Below are positions 10,367 through 24,700 of a stretch of 64,000 nucleotides of DNA, piece by piece. The position numbers were made by a program, and so were the translations under genes. Position 1 is the first letter of the stretch. Every line of letters starts with the position of its first letter. The notes beneath the pieces are model-generated. The model saw only the letters and a list, made by a program, of their open reading frames with translations. It ran no database searches and had not been told where the DNA came from. Source of the stretch: Candidatus Krumholzibacteriia bacterium (GTDB lineage: Bacteria > Krumholzibacteriota > Krumholzibacteriia > JAJRXK01); assembly GCA_041484665.1 (NCBI GenBank), contig JBGPIA010000006.1, forward strand, positions 64,001 through 128,000, in the 5' to 3' direction.

Positions 10367-12369
10367 CCCGCAACGATCCCGCAGCCGCCGCGGCGGGCGC
10401 GCGCGCCCTCGTGCTCGTGACCGTGCGGACCGTGAGAGTAGTGGCGGCAATGGGGGCAGTGGCGGCAGTGCCGGCGGTGCCGGCCCCGCCCATTGTCGTG
10501 AGGGCGGTACTGGCCGCGTTAAACGTAATCCTGCCGCTCATGGCCGCAGCGCAGTCCGCGCCGCCATCGCAACCTGCGGCACCAGCGCAGTCCGCGTCCG
10601 TATCGCAGCCGGCGGCGCTAGCTCAGTCCGCGCCGCCAGTGCGGTCCGCACCGCCGTCGCAACCCATGGCGGCATCGCAACCCTCACTGCCGATCACGCT
10701 CGACGATCTGCAGCGGGTCGTGCGCCTCGCGGATCTGGCGTGGTCGCCCGACGGCCAGCAGCTCGTGCTCACATCGACGCCCGATTTAGGCGACGCGATC
10801 CGGACGGGCAGCGACCTGTGGTTGCTGCGGCCGGGACAAGGTCTGCGGCGACTGACCAACGACGCGCAACCCGATCGCGGCGGGAGTTGGAACAGCAGCG
10901 GAACCCACCTCGCGTTCGCCAGCCGGCGTGGCGGGGATGGATCCGAGCAGGGTTGGCTGTGGGACAGCCACGACGGCGCTCTGCACCCGCTGGCCAAGGT
11001 CGAGGGGGGACTGCTCACATCGCCGGTATGGGCTGCGGATGGTTCGGCGCTGGCGGCGATCGCAGTCCAGCGCCCCACGCCGACGGCACCCCCGGGGCCG
11101 GCTGCACGACCGGGGCGGGCCGGGGCTGCGTTCGGCCGCGTCGTGCTGCTGGCACCGGGAGGCCAGTCGGTGGCGCCAGTGAAGGAGGCCGCGCCAGCGG
11201 TCGGCCTTGCCTGGGCGCCGCACGGGAAGGTGCTCGCGCTGGTCGCTCGTGGCCCGCAGCCCGACACCGAGCAGCGTTCGCCGCTGCGTGTCGGGATCCA
11301 GCTGCTCGACCTCTCGGCCAATCCTCCTGCTGTTCGATGGATGGACGCTGCAGGGGCTGGGTCACTCTTCCAAGAGTCGCCCGTGTGGTCGCCCGATGGC
11401 ACGCAGATCGCCGCACGCGTCGCGCTGGACGGCGGTTCGTCGGACGGCACTTCGTCCTCCGCTAGTCCAACCACCGGCGACTCGCATTCCGGCGACCCGG
11501 CTTCCAACAGCCCGCCGTGCGGCGCCTGCGAGCTCCGCATGTGGGACGTCGCCAGCGGAGCCTCGCGCCTCGTCTCGCTTCCCCTGACGGACGTCTTCGG
11601 CCCGCCGGTATGGTTGCCGGATGGCAAAGCGCTCGTGCTGCCGGCGCGCGAGGGGATGCGCGTGCACCTGGCGCAGCTGCGGGTTGCGGATACGCTCGCG
11701 GTCCGTTGGCTGACGAGCTCCCTGGAGCAGGCCGGCGACCTGCAGCGGCCCGGCGCGGTGGCGGTGGCCCCCGATGGAAAGCGGTTGGCGTACGTGCGCT
11801 CCACGCCGCGCACGCCCGACGAGATCCTGCTGTTGGACCTGCCGGCCGGCGACGGGCAGCGGGTGACGAGCTTCCACGTGGAGCTGCTGCGTAAGGGCCT
11901 GGCTAGCGTGGAAGCCATCGAGCTCCCGCCGCCGGCGGGGCCCCGTGCGGCGCTGCTGATCTATCCGCCCTCCGCTGTGGCGCCCAAACCTCCTTGGCCG
12001 CTGGTGATCCTGACGGACGATCCGCACGGTCCCCAGCCGTCGGCGCGGTTCGACGCGGTCGCGCAGCTTGCGGCGGGCACCGGCGCGCTGGTGTTGCGCG
12101 CGCGCTGGCCGGTCGACACTGTCCGTGCGGCGGCCGCCATGCGCGAGGCGGTCGGCGAGCTCGTGGATCGCAACATGGCGAATGGGAAGCCACCTTGTCT
12201 CTTGGGCCCACCGTCGGTGACGGAGGGACTGGTGCGCGTCTGGGAAGGGCCGTCGGGCGCGCCCTCGCCAAGCGGCCCCTCGACCGTCGCCTTCGCCGGG
12301 AGCGATGACCGATCGCGTGCGGCGCTGGAGCGACTCGTTACGGCGTTGCGCGGGTCCGCTGCGCGCTAG
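10363..12369 (+). CDS. S9 peptidase-like beta-propeller (PD40/TolB repeats) protein with degenerate hydrolase domain
   Basis: Repeated WSPDG/APDG motifs; ITLDDL N-terminus; C-terminal domain lacks HGGP and GxSxG. GTG overlaps the cytochrome c stop (GTGA). Confidence 0.65.
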   Translation: MTRNDPAAAAAGARALVLVTVRTVRVVAAMGAVAAVPAVPAPPIVVRAVLAALNVILPLMAAAQSAPPSQPAAPAQSASVSQPAALAQSAPPVRSAPPSQPMAASQPSLPITLDDLQRVVRLADLAWSPDGQQLVLTSTPDLGDAIRTGSDLWLLRPGQGLRRLTNDAQPDRGGSWNSSGTHLAFASRRGGDGSEQGWLWDSHDGALHPLAKVEGGLLTSPVWAADGSALAAIAVQRPTPTAPPGPAARPGRAGAAFGRVVLLAPGGQSVAPVKEAAPAVGLAWAPHGKVLALVARGPQPDTEQRSPLRVGIQLLDLSANPPAVRWMDAAGAGSLFQESPVWSPDGTQIAARVALDGGSSDGTSSSASPTTGDSHSGDPASNSPPCGACELRMWDVASGASRLVSLPLTDVFGPPVWLPDGKALVLPAREGMRVHLAQLRVADTLAVRWLTSSLEQAGDLQRPGAVAVAPDGKRLAYVRSTPRTPDEILLLDLPAGDGQRVTSFHVELLRKGLASVEAIELPPPAGPRAALLIYPPSAVAPKPPWPLVILTDDPHGPQPSARFDAVAQLAAGTGALVLRARWPVDTVRAAAAMREAVGELVDRNMANGKPPCLLGPPSVTEGLVRVWEGPSGAPSPSGPSTVAFAGSDDRSRAALERLVTALRGSAAR

Positions 12370-12748
12370 CACGTGATCGGCGGCGCGCAGTGGACCGCAA
12401 CAGCGTCCATGATCCAGCGTGCTCTTGCGCCACGCGCTTCCAGATCGTTGCTTGTCGTCTCCCATGCGACCTGTCCGCTCCCGATCGTAGCTCGTGCCGC
12501 GCATTGTCCCTGCAGACCACCGCTCTTTCGCTTGGCAAGGCCGCGCGCGGCGGGTTACACTCGAACCCGACAGGGGGGACGCAGCCCTCGCCCAGGCCAG
12601 AGCGCCTGGCGCGGGCTTCCTGCCCTCGGGCAGGACCTGGACCCTGTGAGCAGAAAGCATCCATGCCCCAGACCGTGCACGCCATAGCCGCATCCTGAGT
12701 GGTCCGCGCGGTCGACCTTGCTTCCTGCTTCGCTATTTGTTCGAATCG

Positions 12749-14281
12749 ATGAACAGACACGACCTCATCGTCAGGACGGGGCTGGCCAGCCTCATCGCAG
12801 CCGCCGGGGTATTCACCCTGGTGCGGCTGACGCCGCTGTCCGCGCGCCCGGTCCTCCTCCTCGAAGAAGAGGCCGGGACCGCCATTGCCGTGCGCGCGCC
12901 CCAGGTCGTGCGCGATCTCGATGACGTGCGCAAGAGCGGCGTACTGCGCGTGGCGCTGCGCAACAACGACAGCAGCTATCTGATCCTCGGCGGGCAGGAG
13001 TACGGCTTCGAGTACGAGCTCGCGCTGCAGATGTGCAAGGACCTGAGCGTGAAGCTGGAGGTGGTGCTCCCCGACAGCTCCAGCAGCCTGCTCACCATGC
13101 TTAACGAGGGCCGGGCCGACGTGGTCGCCTCACCCATCTCCGCGCACCCCGACAACGAGTCCGCCGCCGCGCTCACGCAACCGTACAACGAAGTGCAGCA
13201 AGTGCTGGTGGTGCGGCGCGACGACGCGGAGCACTACGAGAAGCCCAAGGACCTCCAGGACGTGATGGTGGCGATCCGCCGCTGGTCGACCTACGAGCGC
13301 ACGCTGATCGGGCTGCGCGAGGAGGGAACCAACGTCGGGATGGTGCTGCTCTCGCCGCGCGTGTCCACCGAGGAGATCCTCGAGATGGTAGCCGATGGCA
13401 CCTACCCGGCAACGGTCGCCAACCGCGACATCGCCGAGGCCGCGCTGACCTACCGGCCCGAGCTCGTGATCGCGTTCCCGCTCACGCCGGTCCAGCCGGT
13501 CTCGTGGGCGGTGCGCAAGAACTGTCCGGCGCTGCTGGCCACCACCAACGCGTTCCTGGCCCGCCAGTACCGCGTCAAGGACGGCGGCGACGTCGCGCGC
13601 TCGGAGCTCTACAACGTCTTGCACCGGAAGTATTTTACCGACGAACGGCAGATCCGCGCCCGCGACGAGAGCCCCTTCCGCGTGGCGTATACCGGGCGCT
13701 TCTCCCCGTACGACGAGATCGTGCAGGACGTGGCGCAGCATTACCAGCTGGATTGGCGCCTGATCGCCAGCATGATCTTCCAGGAGAGCCGCTTCGATCC
13801 GGCCCGGGAGTCATGGGCCGGCGCAGTGGGCCTCATGCAGGTCGTGCCAGCCACGGCCGGTGTGAGCGCCGACAGCCTGCGCATCCCGCAGGTCAATGTC
13901 GAGGCGGGCGTGCACTACTTCCGCGAGCTGTACGACTCCTACGCCTATCTCGAGCCTTCCGACCGCATGGCCTTCGCCCTGGCGGCGTACAATGCCGGCC
14001 GCGGGCACCTCGACGATGCGCGGATGCTCTCGATCATGCGCGGCGCCGATCCGAACCACTGGGACGATTCGGTACGGGACAGCCTCATGCTCTTGTGCAA
14101 TCCCGAACACCACGCGCTGGTGCGCTACGGCTACGTGCGCGGCAGCGAGACGGTGGGCTACGTGCGCGACGTGCTGCGCCGCTACGACCTGCTGCAACAT
14201 CTGCTGGTCCAGGGGGCCGACACCGCCCGCACCGTGATGCAGACCGCCGAGCGGATCGGGGCGCGGCCTGTGGTCCCCTGA
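12749..14281 (+). CDS. mltF: Membrane-bound lytic murein transglycosylase F-like (SBP_bac_3 + SLT)
   Basis: YGFEYELA binding-protein domain; SLT motifs FQESRFDP, GAVGLMQV, LAAYNAGRGH, GYVRGSETVGYV. Confidence 0.85.
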   Translation: MNRHDLIVRTGLASLIAAAGVFTLVRLTPLSARPVLLLEEEAGTAIAVRAPQVVRDLDDVRKSGVLRVALRNNDSSYLILGGQEYGFEYELALQMCKDLSVKLEVVLPDSSSSLLTMLNEGRADVVASPISAHPDNESAAALTQPYNEVQQVLVVRRDDAEHYEKPKDLQDVMVAIRRWSTYERTLIGLREEGTNVGMVLLSPRVSTEEILEMVADGTYPATVANRDIAEAALTYRPELVIAFPLTPVQPVSWAVRKNCPALLATTNAFLARQYRVKDGGDVARSELYNVLHRKYFTDERQIRARDESPFRVAYTGRFSPYDEIVQDVAQHYQLDWRLIASMIFQESRFDPARESWAGAVGLMQVVPATAGVSADSLRIPQVNVEAGVHYFRELYDSYAYLEPSDRMAFALAAYNAGRGHLDDARMLSIMRGADPNHWDDSVRDSLMLLCNPEHHALVRYGYVRGSETVGYVRDVLRRYDLLQHLLVQGADTARTVMQTAERIGARPVVP

Positions 14282-14402
14282 CGCGTCACTCGCAAGCGTA
14301 GCGCCAGACACCTCCGGCGCTGCGGCGCCGAAACCGCTTGCCGCCGCCGTTCGGTTGCCCCGATCTTCTGCCGCAAGTTCGCCTCTTGCCTTGGCCTGCG
14401 CT

Positions 14403-15155
14403 ATGACCGTCTCCGCCCGCGCTCCCGAGCATCTGGCCAGCGGCAAGCCCGCCGACTACGGCGACTTCATTCTGCGGCGGCGCCATCGCCTGGTCACGCG
14501 CCTGCTGCCCCCGCGGGGCAACGTCCTGCTCGACTTCGGGTGCGGCAACGGGGCGCAGACATTCTACTTCGCCCCGCACTTCCGGTCGACCGTCGGCGTA
14601 GACGTCGACGCCACGCACCTCCAAGCTCTGCGCGCCGAGGCGGGCCGCAGGGGCTGGGCCGCAGGGGTGACAGCCCTGCTCTACGATGGGTTCCGCCTGC
14701 CAATCCGGGATGCCGCGGTCGATTACGCGATCTCCTTCGAGGTGCTCGAGCACGTGGACAGCGAATCGGCCGCTCTGCGCGAGCTGCTGAGGGTGTTGCG
14801 GCCCGGCGGCGTGCTCGCCCTCTCGGTTCCCAACCGCTGGTGGATCTTCGAGACCCACGGCGCGAAGCTCCCCCTCCTGCCTTGGAATCGGGTCCCCTTC
14901 TTCAGTTGGCTTCCCAAGCGGATCCACGACCGCTATGCGCGCGCCCGCATCTATCGCCGCCGCGAGATCGTCCGGCTGCTGCGATCCACCGGCTTCGACA
15001 TGCTCGGCAGCACCTACATTACCGCCCCGATGGACGTGCTCCGATGGGGGCCACTCCAGAGCGCGCTCCGTGCCACGCTCTTCCGGCCAGATCGCACTTC
15101 CATACCGACCTTGAGCACGGCCGTGTTGCTTCTTGCTCGCCGTCCGCCTGCGTAG
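14403..15155 (+). CDS. Class I SAM-dependent methyltransferase
   Basis: LLDFGCGNG, VGVDV, FEVLEHV, RVLRPGG. Confidence 0.9.
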   Translation: MTVSARAPEHLASGKPADYGDFILRRRHRLVTRLLPPRGNVLLDFGCGNGAQTFYFAPHFRSTVGVDVDATHLQALRAEAGRRGWAAGVTALLYDGFRLPIRDAAVDYAISFEVLEHVDSESAALRELLRVLRPGGVLALSVPNRWWIFETHGAKLPLLPWNRVPFFSWLPKRIHDRYARARIYRRREIVRLLRSTGFDMLGSTYITAPMDVLRWGPLQSALRATLFRPDRTSIPTLSTAVLLLARRPPA

Positions 15156-15303
15156 CATTCGTACGGCGAAACTCCTCCCATCCTGGTCCGCGAGCGGCGT
15201 TCCCATCGCCGCTGCCGGTGAGGTGACTGCGGACCCGCTGTTCTGCGACCCCGCGGAGGGCGACGACCATCCTGAGCGTGACGTAGACAGGAGTCGAGGT
15301 TGG

Positions 15304-17019
15304 TTAGAAGCTCGACGCCGTCAGCTTCACGTCGGCGCGCGCCCAGGCTTGCTTGAATTGCTTCTGGACGGCTGCGGCCTCCGCAGCGGCGTTGCGCGCG
15401 TGCAGGCATTGCTGCAGTCCGTAGAGCGACCAGCCGTTGTGCGGGTTGCGGGCAAGATCGTCGCGGTAGACCGTCTCGGCGTCGCCCACGCGGCCGGCGG
15501 TCAGCAGCACCGCCCCCAGCGACTGGCGCACCGGATAGTAGAATGGCGGCGGTTCGTCGTAGCTCAGCGCGTCCTGGGCAGCGACGGCCTCGCGCAGGCG
15601 GGTGACGGCGTCGTCGGTATTGCCCTGCCGCGCGGCGATCTCGCCCGCCAGCGCCATCGCGGCGACCTTCAGCACCGGCCTGGCCGGCTGGATGCCCGCG
15701 ACCGCATCGGGCGAGATGGTCGCGGCGATGATGGATACGCTGTCCTGGTCGACCTGGGCCTCGCCAAAGCGGGCCTTCGCCGCCAGCGCGAGCCCGTGCG
15801 TGTAGTGCCACATGCCCTTGGTGAGGCGCAGGCGCATATCGGGGGCGCGCTGCGCGAGCAGCTCGTCCCAGTGGCCGAAGCGCGCCAGCGTGTACCAGCG
15901 CGTGGGGAGCAGGAACTCCGCCATCTGCATCTGCAAGCCCGCCTCCGGCGGGACGAGCTGTCCGAGCTTATCGGCGATCTGCAGCGCCTCGGCGCTGCGA
16001 CCCTCCATGCAGAGCGCCGACCAGCGGAACTGGATGTTGTGCGTGTAGTACATCATCGGGTAGATGCCCTTGACGTCGTACTGCTGGATGTACGCCTCGT
16101 CGACCGCGATGGCCTTGGCATTCTGTTCGGAGGCGTCGTGATAGCGGCCCAGGCGTGCGTAGATGTGCGAGGGCATGTGCACGATGTGACCGGCGTTGGG
16201 CATGGTCTTGGCCACCCGGTCGGCAGCCGCCAGGGCCTTCTCCGGATGCAGTGAGGCCTCCACGGCGTGGATGTAATAGTGATTCGCGCCAGGATGATTG
16301 GGGTTCTTGGCGAGCACCCGCTCCAGCGTCTCGACGATCTCCGTCGTGCCAGGCTGGGGCTGGCCGTCGTGGGTCCAGAGGCTCCACGGACGCAGGTCCA
16401 TCATCGACTCGGCGAAGAGCGTCGCCGCGTCGAGATCGTCCGGGTAGCGCTTGGCGAGCCCGCGCATGGCGTCGGCATAGGCGCGGTCGAGCGCCTTGCG
16501 GTCGGCGGCAGAGTCACCGGAGTAGCGCATCGAAAGCGCGTCGATGTAGTCCCGCTCGGCGGGGCTGGCCTTGGCCTTCAGCGCGACGGCCTTCTGCACG
16601 GCCTCGTACGCCGCGCGGCCGGCCGCGTCATCCATCGGGAGGTTGATGTTGGGCCCCAGGGTGAGCGCTACCCCCCACCAGGCGATGGCGCAGTCGGGGT
16701 CCTGCCGCGCGGCCTCCTCGAAGGAGCGTCGCCCCTCCTCATGGTTGAAGGCGAACACCATGCGCAGAGCCTGATCGAAGTACTTCTGCGCGAGCGCAGA
16801 CTTGGTCGTGATGGCGTGATGCCAGGTCCCGGTGCCATCCAGGAGCGGCGCGGGCGCGGCAGTGGCCGCGGTGCCGGACGGAGCCGAGGGCGGCGCGCCG
16901 GGCTCGGTGACCGCCGTCGCGCCGCCGTGGTCGTGCTGCGCCACGGCCGGCGGCACCGCCGCAAGCGATACCAGAAGGCTCAAGCTGGCCGACAGGGCAT
17001 ACAACTGGCGCACGTGCAT
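15304..17019 (-). CDS. Exported TPR-repeat protein
   Basis: GGAGG-like RBS; signal peptide; AQKYFDQAL..FNHEE, HPGANHYYIHAVE, GHIVHMPSHIY motifs; helical repeats. Confidence 0.8.
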   Translation of the reverse strand: MHVRQLYALSASLSLLVSLAAVPPAVAQHDHGGATAVTEPGAPPSAPSGTAATAAPAPLLDGTGTWHHAITTKSALAQKYFDQALRMVFAFNHEEGRRSFEEAARQDPDCAIAWWGVALTLGPNINLPMDDAAGRAAYEAVQKAVALKAKASPAERDYIDALSMRYSGDSAADRKALDRAYADAMRGLAKRYPDDLDAATLFAESMMDLRPWSLWTHDGQPQPGTTEIVETLERVLAKNPNHPGANHYYIHAVEASLHPEKALAAADRVAKTMPNAGHIVHMPSHIYARLGRYHDASEQNAKAIAVDEAYIQQYDVKGIYPMMYYTHNIQFRWSALCMEGRSAEALQIADKLGQLVPPEAGLQMQMAEFLLPTRWYTLARFGHWDELLAQRAPDMRLRLTKGMWHYTHGLALAAKARFGEAQVDQDSVSIIAATISPDAVAGIQPARPVLKVAAMALAGEIAARQGNTDDAVTRLREAVAAQDALSYDEPPPFYYPVRQSLGAVLLTAGRVGDAETVYRDDLARNPHNGWSLYGLQQCLHARNAAAEAAAVQKQFKQAWARADVKLTASSF

Positions 17020-17758
17020 GGCTTCCCTCCCGAAAAGCGTGAAAAGCGCGTCGCAGAGCGCGGAGCGCGGCCACGACGGATACTCCTGGTTGTCAGAGCT
17101 TGCCATGCGTCCCGTCGCAGAACGGCTGGCTCGACGACCGCCCGCACCGGCACCAGGCGTAGGCGCCGGGTTGGAGTTCCAGGACGTACGGGGCCTTCTG
17201 CACGATCCGTGGCTCGTCGCTCATGGTCGCTCCATCAAGATGAGGGGGATCATCGCCGCAGGGGCACGACACGGATCAGGGAGAGCGCAACCGCGTCGCC
17301 GGCGGTTGCGCAAGGTAGCATCGTGGCCGGGAGGCGGCCACGGACCCAGCTCACTCGCGCGGCCGGGGTGCGGTCTGCGCGCGGGCGGGCGAGTGGTGAG
17401 CGGCGCGGGCGTGAGCGCGGGTGAGGCGCTGGGCGGCGCGGGCGTAGGCGAGGCCGGCGAGGGGTGGGCGGGGCGGGAAGGTCGGGGAGGAATGCCGGGC
17501 GGGAAAGCCAGACCGTGGCTGGCGGGCGGCCCGGGCGGGCAGGCCGGACCGTGGCTAGGGCCGAGCCGGCTCGCGGCCGGCATCCGGATGGTGTAGCCTT
17601 TGGGGCGGCCGGCTGGCGGCCTGCGGGCTCCTGAGCCCGTTGCCTTCCGCCCGCCGCCGACCCGCAGCGGACCTGGGCGCCCCTGGAGCCGCTGCGATCC
17701 CGCAGTGCCCCCACAGCCCTCGACCCCGACCGTGTCGCTGCCGACAGGAGCCCCGCGC

Positions 17759-20728
<2,970 letters not shown>

Positions 20729-20800
20729 GTCCCGACGGAACGGTCCAGGTCGGGATGAGCACGCGGCGGATCGGCCACGGGGCGAGCGGCGGCCGCTCCC

Positions 20801-21253
20801 CTACTTTCGCTCGTACGTCCCCACCAGCTCCCCATCCGCCAGCACGTGGCCCTTCATGGCCGCCAGCGCCTCGTCCTTCGTCGTGCCTGCGCGCAGCCCC
20901 AAAGGAGTGTCCAGCGCGTAGATCTTGAAGTGGTAGTGGTGCACGCCGTGGCCGCGCGGTGGCATGGGCCCGCCGTAGCCGTTCTTGCCAGAGTCGGTGC
21001 GGCCTTCCGTCCCGATCCCCTTCTGCCCCTCTTCCAGCGCCGCGCACGTGGCTGGGATGCCGCAGAGCACCCAGTGTACCCAGGGCTTGGGCCGCGGGGC
21101 GTCGGGGTCGTCACAGATCAAGAGCAGCTCCTTGGTGCCATCGGGGACGCCGCTCCACGCAAGCTGCGGCGACTTGTCGGGACCTTCACCGGTGTGCTTC
21201 TGCGGGATCGGTCCGCTGGGCATGAAGGCCGCGCTCGTCAGACGGATGGCCAT
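20801..21253 (-). CDS. YbhB/YbcL family Raf-kinase-inhibitor-like (PEBP) protein
   Basis: SPQLAWSGVP, DDPDAP, WVHWV, YGGPMPPRGHGVHHYHF; GGAG RBS. Confidence 0.92.
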   Translation of the reverse strand: MAIRLTSAAFMPSGPIPQKHTGEGPDKSPQLAWSGVPDGTKELLLICDDPDAPRPKPWVHWVLCGIPATCAALEEGQKGIGTEGRTDSGKNGYGGPMPPRGHGVHHYHFKIYALDTPLGLRAGTTKDEALAAMKGHVLADGELVGTYERK

Positions 21254-21385
21254 CTTGTTCTCCTCCTGCTGCGTCCTCCCGCGGCGCGAGCCCGTGCAGC
21301 TGCGATGCAGGCAGCCGCGGGCCGCCCGTGCGGCGTTGGGAAATCCTGCTCCCTGCAGCATCGCTGCGCTGCGACTCGGGCACAA

Positions 21386-21466
21386 GAGGGGTCTCGGGAG
21401 GGTCTCGGAAGGCCTCTCGGAAGGCTCTGGGAGGGCTCTTGGCAAGCTCTCGGAAGGCTCTTCGAG
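21386..21466. repeat. Degenerate 11-12-bp tandem repeat (ctcggaaggc-like)
   Basis: gggtctcgggagggtctcggaaggcctctcggaaggctctgggagggctcttggcaagctctcggaaggctc. Confidence 0.6.
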
Positions 21467-21636
21467 CCAGGTCACGCGAATTGTCGGCCCGCGCCGGACC
21501 AGCGCCCCGTGTCAGCTCGGAAAACAGCGGCCGAACGCGAGGAGCAGCTTCGGCGAACCCCGCAAGCCTGCGTGCGGACCGCGAGTGCCCGGAGGGGATC
21601 GGATTTGTCCCGAAACACTCTGCCGGCGTCAATGTG

Positions 21637-21656
21637 ATTGAGCAAAACTACTCAAT
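21637..21656. promoter_or_regulatory. Inverted repeat ATTGAG-N8-CTCAAT, candidate operator
   Basis: AT-rich dyad in the divergent ybhB/acpS intergenic region. Confidence 0.4.
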
Positions 21657-22057
21657 GCTCTGAGCAATCGGCTGTGCGAAGGCCGACTCGATGAAGGTCA
21701 CGCCGCCCGACGCTCCTGCGGACCTTCATCGGGCGCATCTGCCCCGATGGAGTCCACAACCTCACAGATGTGGGCCCCATCTTGGTGTGGCACTCCCGAG
21801 CGGTCCACTGAACGCCCTGAGAAGGAAGCCACGGCTGCCGTCCCGACGAAGTCGGACTGGCGCCGGCCGCCCCGTCTGCGTTTGTGATGTACTGCTCGTG
21901 ATGTGCTGCCGGCGCGCACCCTTTGCTCGCTGTCGGACGTGTAGTACTTTTCACGTCGCCCGAACAACGCGGCTCTCTGGGCTTTCCGCACTCCCTGAGC
22001 CCTTCGAACTCCTCCGGGCCTTCCGTGGGCTTTTCGGCCGGTGAGGCGGTAGGTTCG

Positions 22058-22510
22058 ATGGCCATCCTCGGCCTTGGCGTGGATCTCGTTGAAGTGGCTC
22101 GTTTCGAGCGGGAGTGCTCCCGACACGGTTCCGGGTTTCTGCAGGAGATCCTGCTGCCCTCGGAACTCGAGTCCTGCTGGCGGGACCGCCGCCCGCATGC
22201 CGCGCTCTCCGCCCGGTTCGCTGCCAAGGAGGCGCTGTTCAAGGCGCTCGGCACCGGCCGTTCCGGGCGGCTCTCCTGGCTCGACCTCGAGGTGCGTCTG
22301 GAAGCGCGCGGTCGGGCGACGCTGGCGGTTTCGGGCGAGGCGGCGCGGCTGGCCGCGGACATGGGGGTTGCGGAGATCCGACTGAGCCTAACCATCTCGG
22401 CGCGGCATGCCGCCGCGATGGTGGTTCTCTCGGGACGGGAAACACGCCGAGAAGCACAGGTCTCCACCGCGGCAGCTGACCTGGGTGTGTCCACCCCGAC
22501 GCTGGGCTGA
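22058..22510 (+). CDS. acpS: Holo-[acyl-carrier-protein] synthase
   Basis: GLGVDLVEVARF, SARFAAKEALFKALGTG, LSLTIS..HAAAMV. Confidence 0.93.
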   Translation: MAILGLGVDLVEVARFERECSRHGSGFLQEILLPSELESCWRDRRPHAALSARFAAKEALFKALGTGRSGRLSWLDLEVRLEARGRATLAVSGEAARLAADMGVAEIRLSLTISARHAAAMVVLSGRETRREAQVSTAAADLGVSTPTLG

Positions 22511-22616
22511 CGGCACGCCGACGCCGGGCTGACGGCACGCCGACTGCGGGCTGAGGGTGGGCCGACTGCGGGCTGTGGGTGGGCCGACGGCGGGCTCAGG
22601 GTGGGCCGACGGCGGG
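22504..22616. repeat. 22-bp tandem repeat, about 5 copies (gggctgasggygsgccgacksc-like)
   Basis: Units start at 22504, 22526, 22548, 22570 and 22592, between acpS and the ligase. Confidence 0.85.
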
Positions 22617-22669
22617 ACGACGGCGGCTGGGCCGGGGTGGCGGGGGTGCGATCTTCAGGGAGGCGAGCC

Positions 22670-24373
<1,704 letters not shown>

Positions 24374-24453
24374 CGATCCGGACTCGGCCGGCGCGCGGGA
24401 ATCACGATCACCGGCCGAGGATCCCGGCTGACGCCCAAGAGAGGAGCAGACCG

Positions 24454-24699
24454 ATGAAGGAGATGATCCTGGACTACATCCGCAAGGAGTACCTCGACGA
24501 GGAAGACGACACTCCTCTGGACGAGAACACGCGGCTGATCTCCAGCGGGATCGTGGACAGCTTCAGCATGGTCAGCCTCAAGCGCTTCCTGGAGAAGAAG
24601 TGCGGCGTCAGCATCCCGGACGAGCAGGCGACCCCACAGGCATTTGACACGGTGACCAGTATCATCGCGCTGGTGAACAAGATCCGGGGAGGGAAGTGA
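24454..24699 (+). CDS. Acyl carrier protein
   Basis: 81 aa; GIVDSFSMV phosphopantetheine Ser motif; FDTVTSI; GAGGAG RBS. Confidence 0.9.
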   Translation: MKEMILDYIRKEYLDEEDDTPLDENTRLISSGIVDSFSMVSLKRFLEKKCGVSIPDEQATPQAFDTVTSIIALVNKIRGGK

Positions 24700-24700
24700 G

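Noticed and set aside
21660..22057. Glycine riboswitch upstream of the kbl operon
   Set aside because: The conserved GGAGA/CCGAAG/CTCTCAGG elements were not found.
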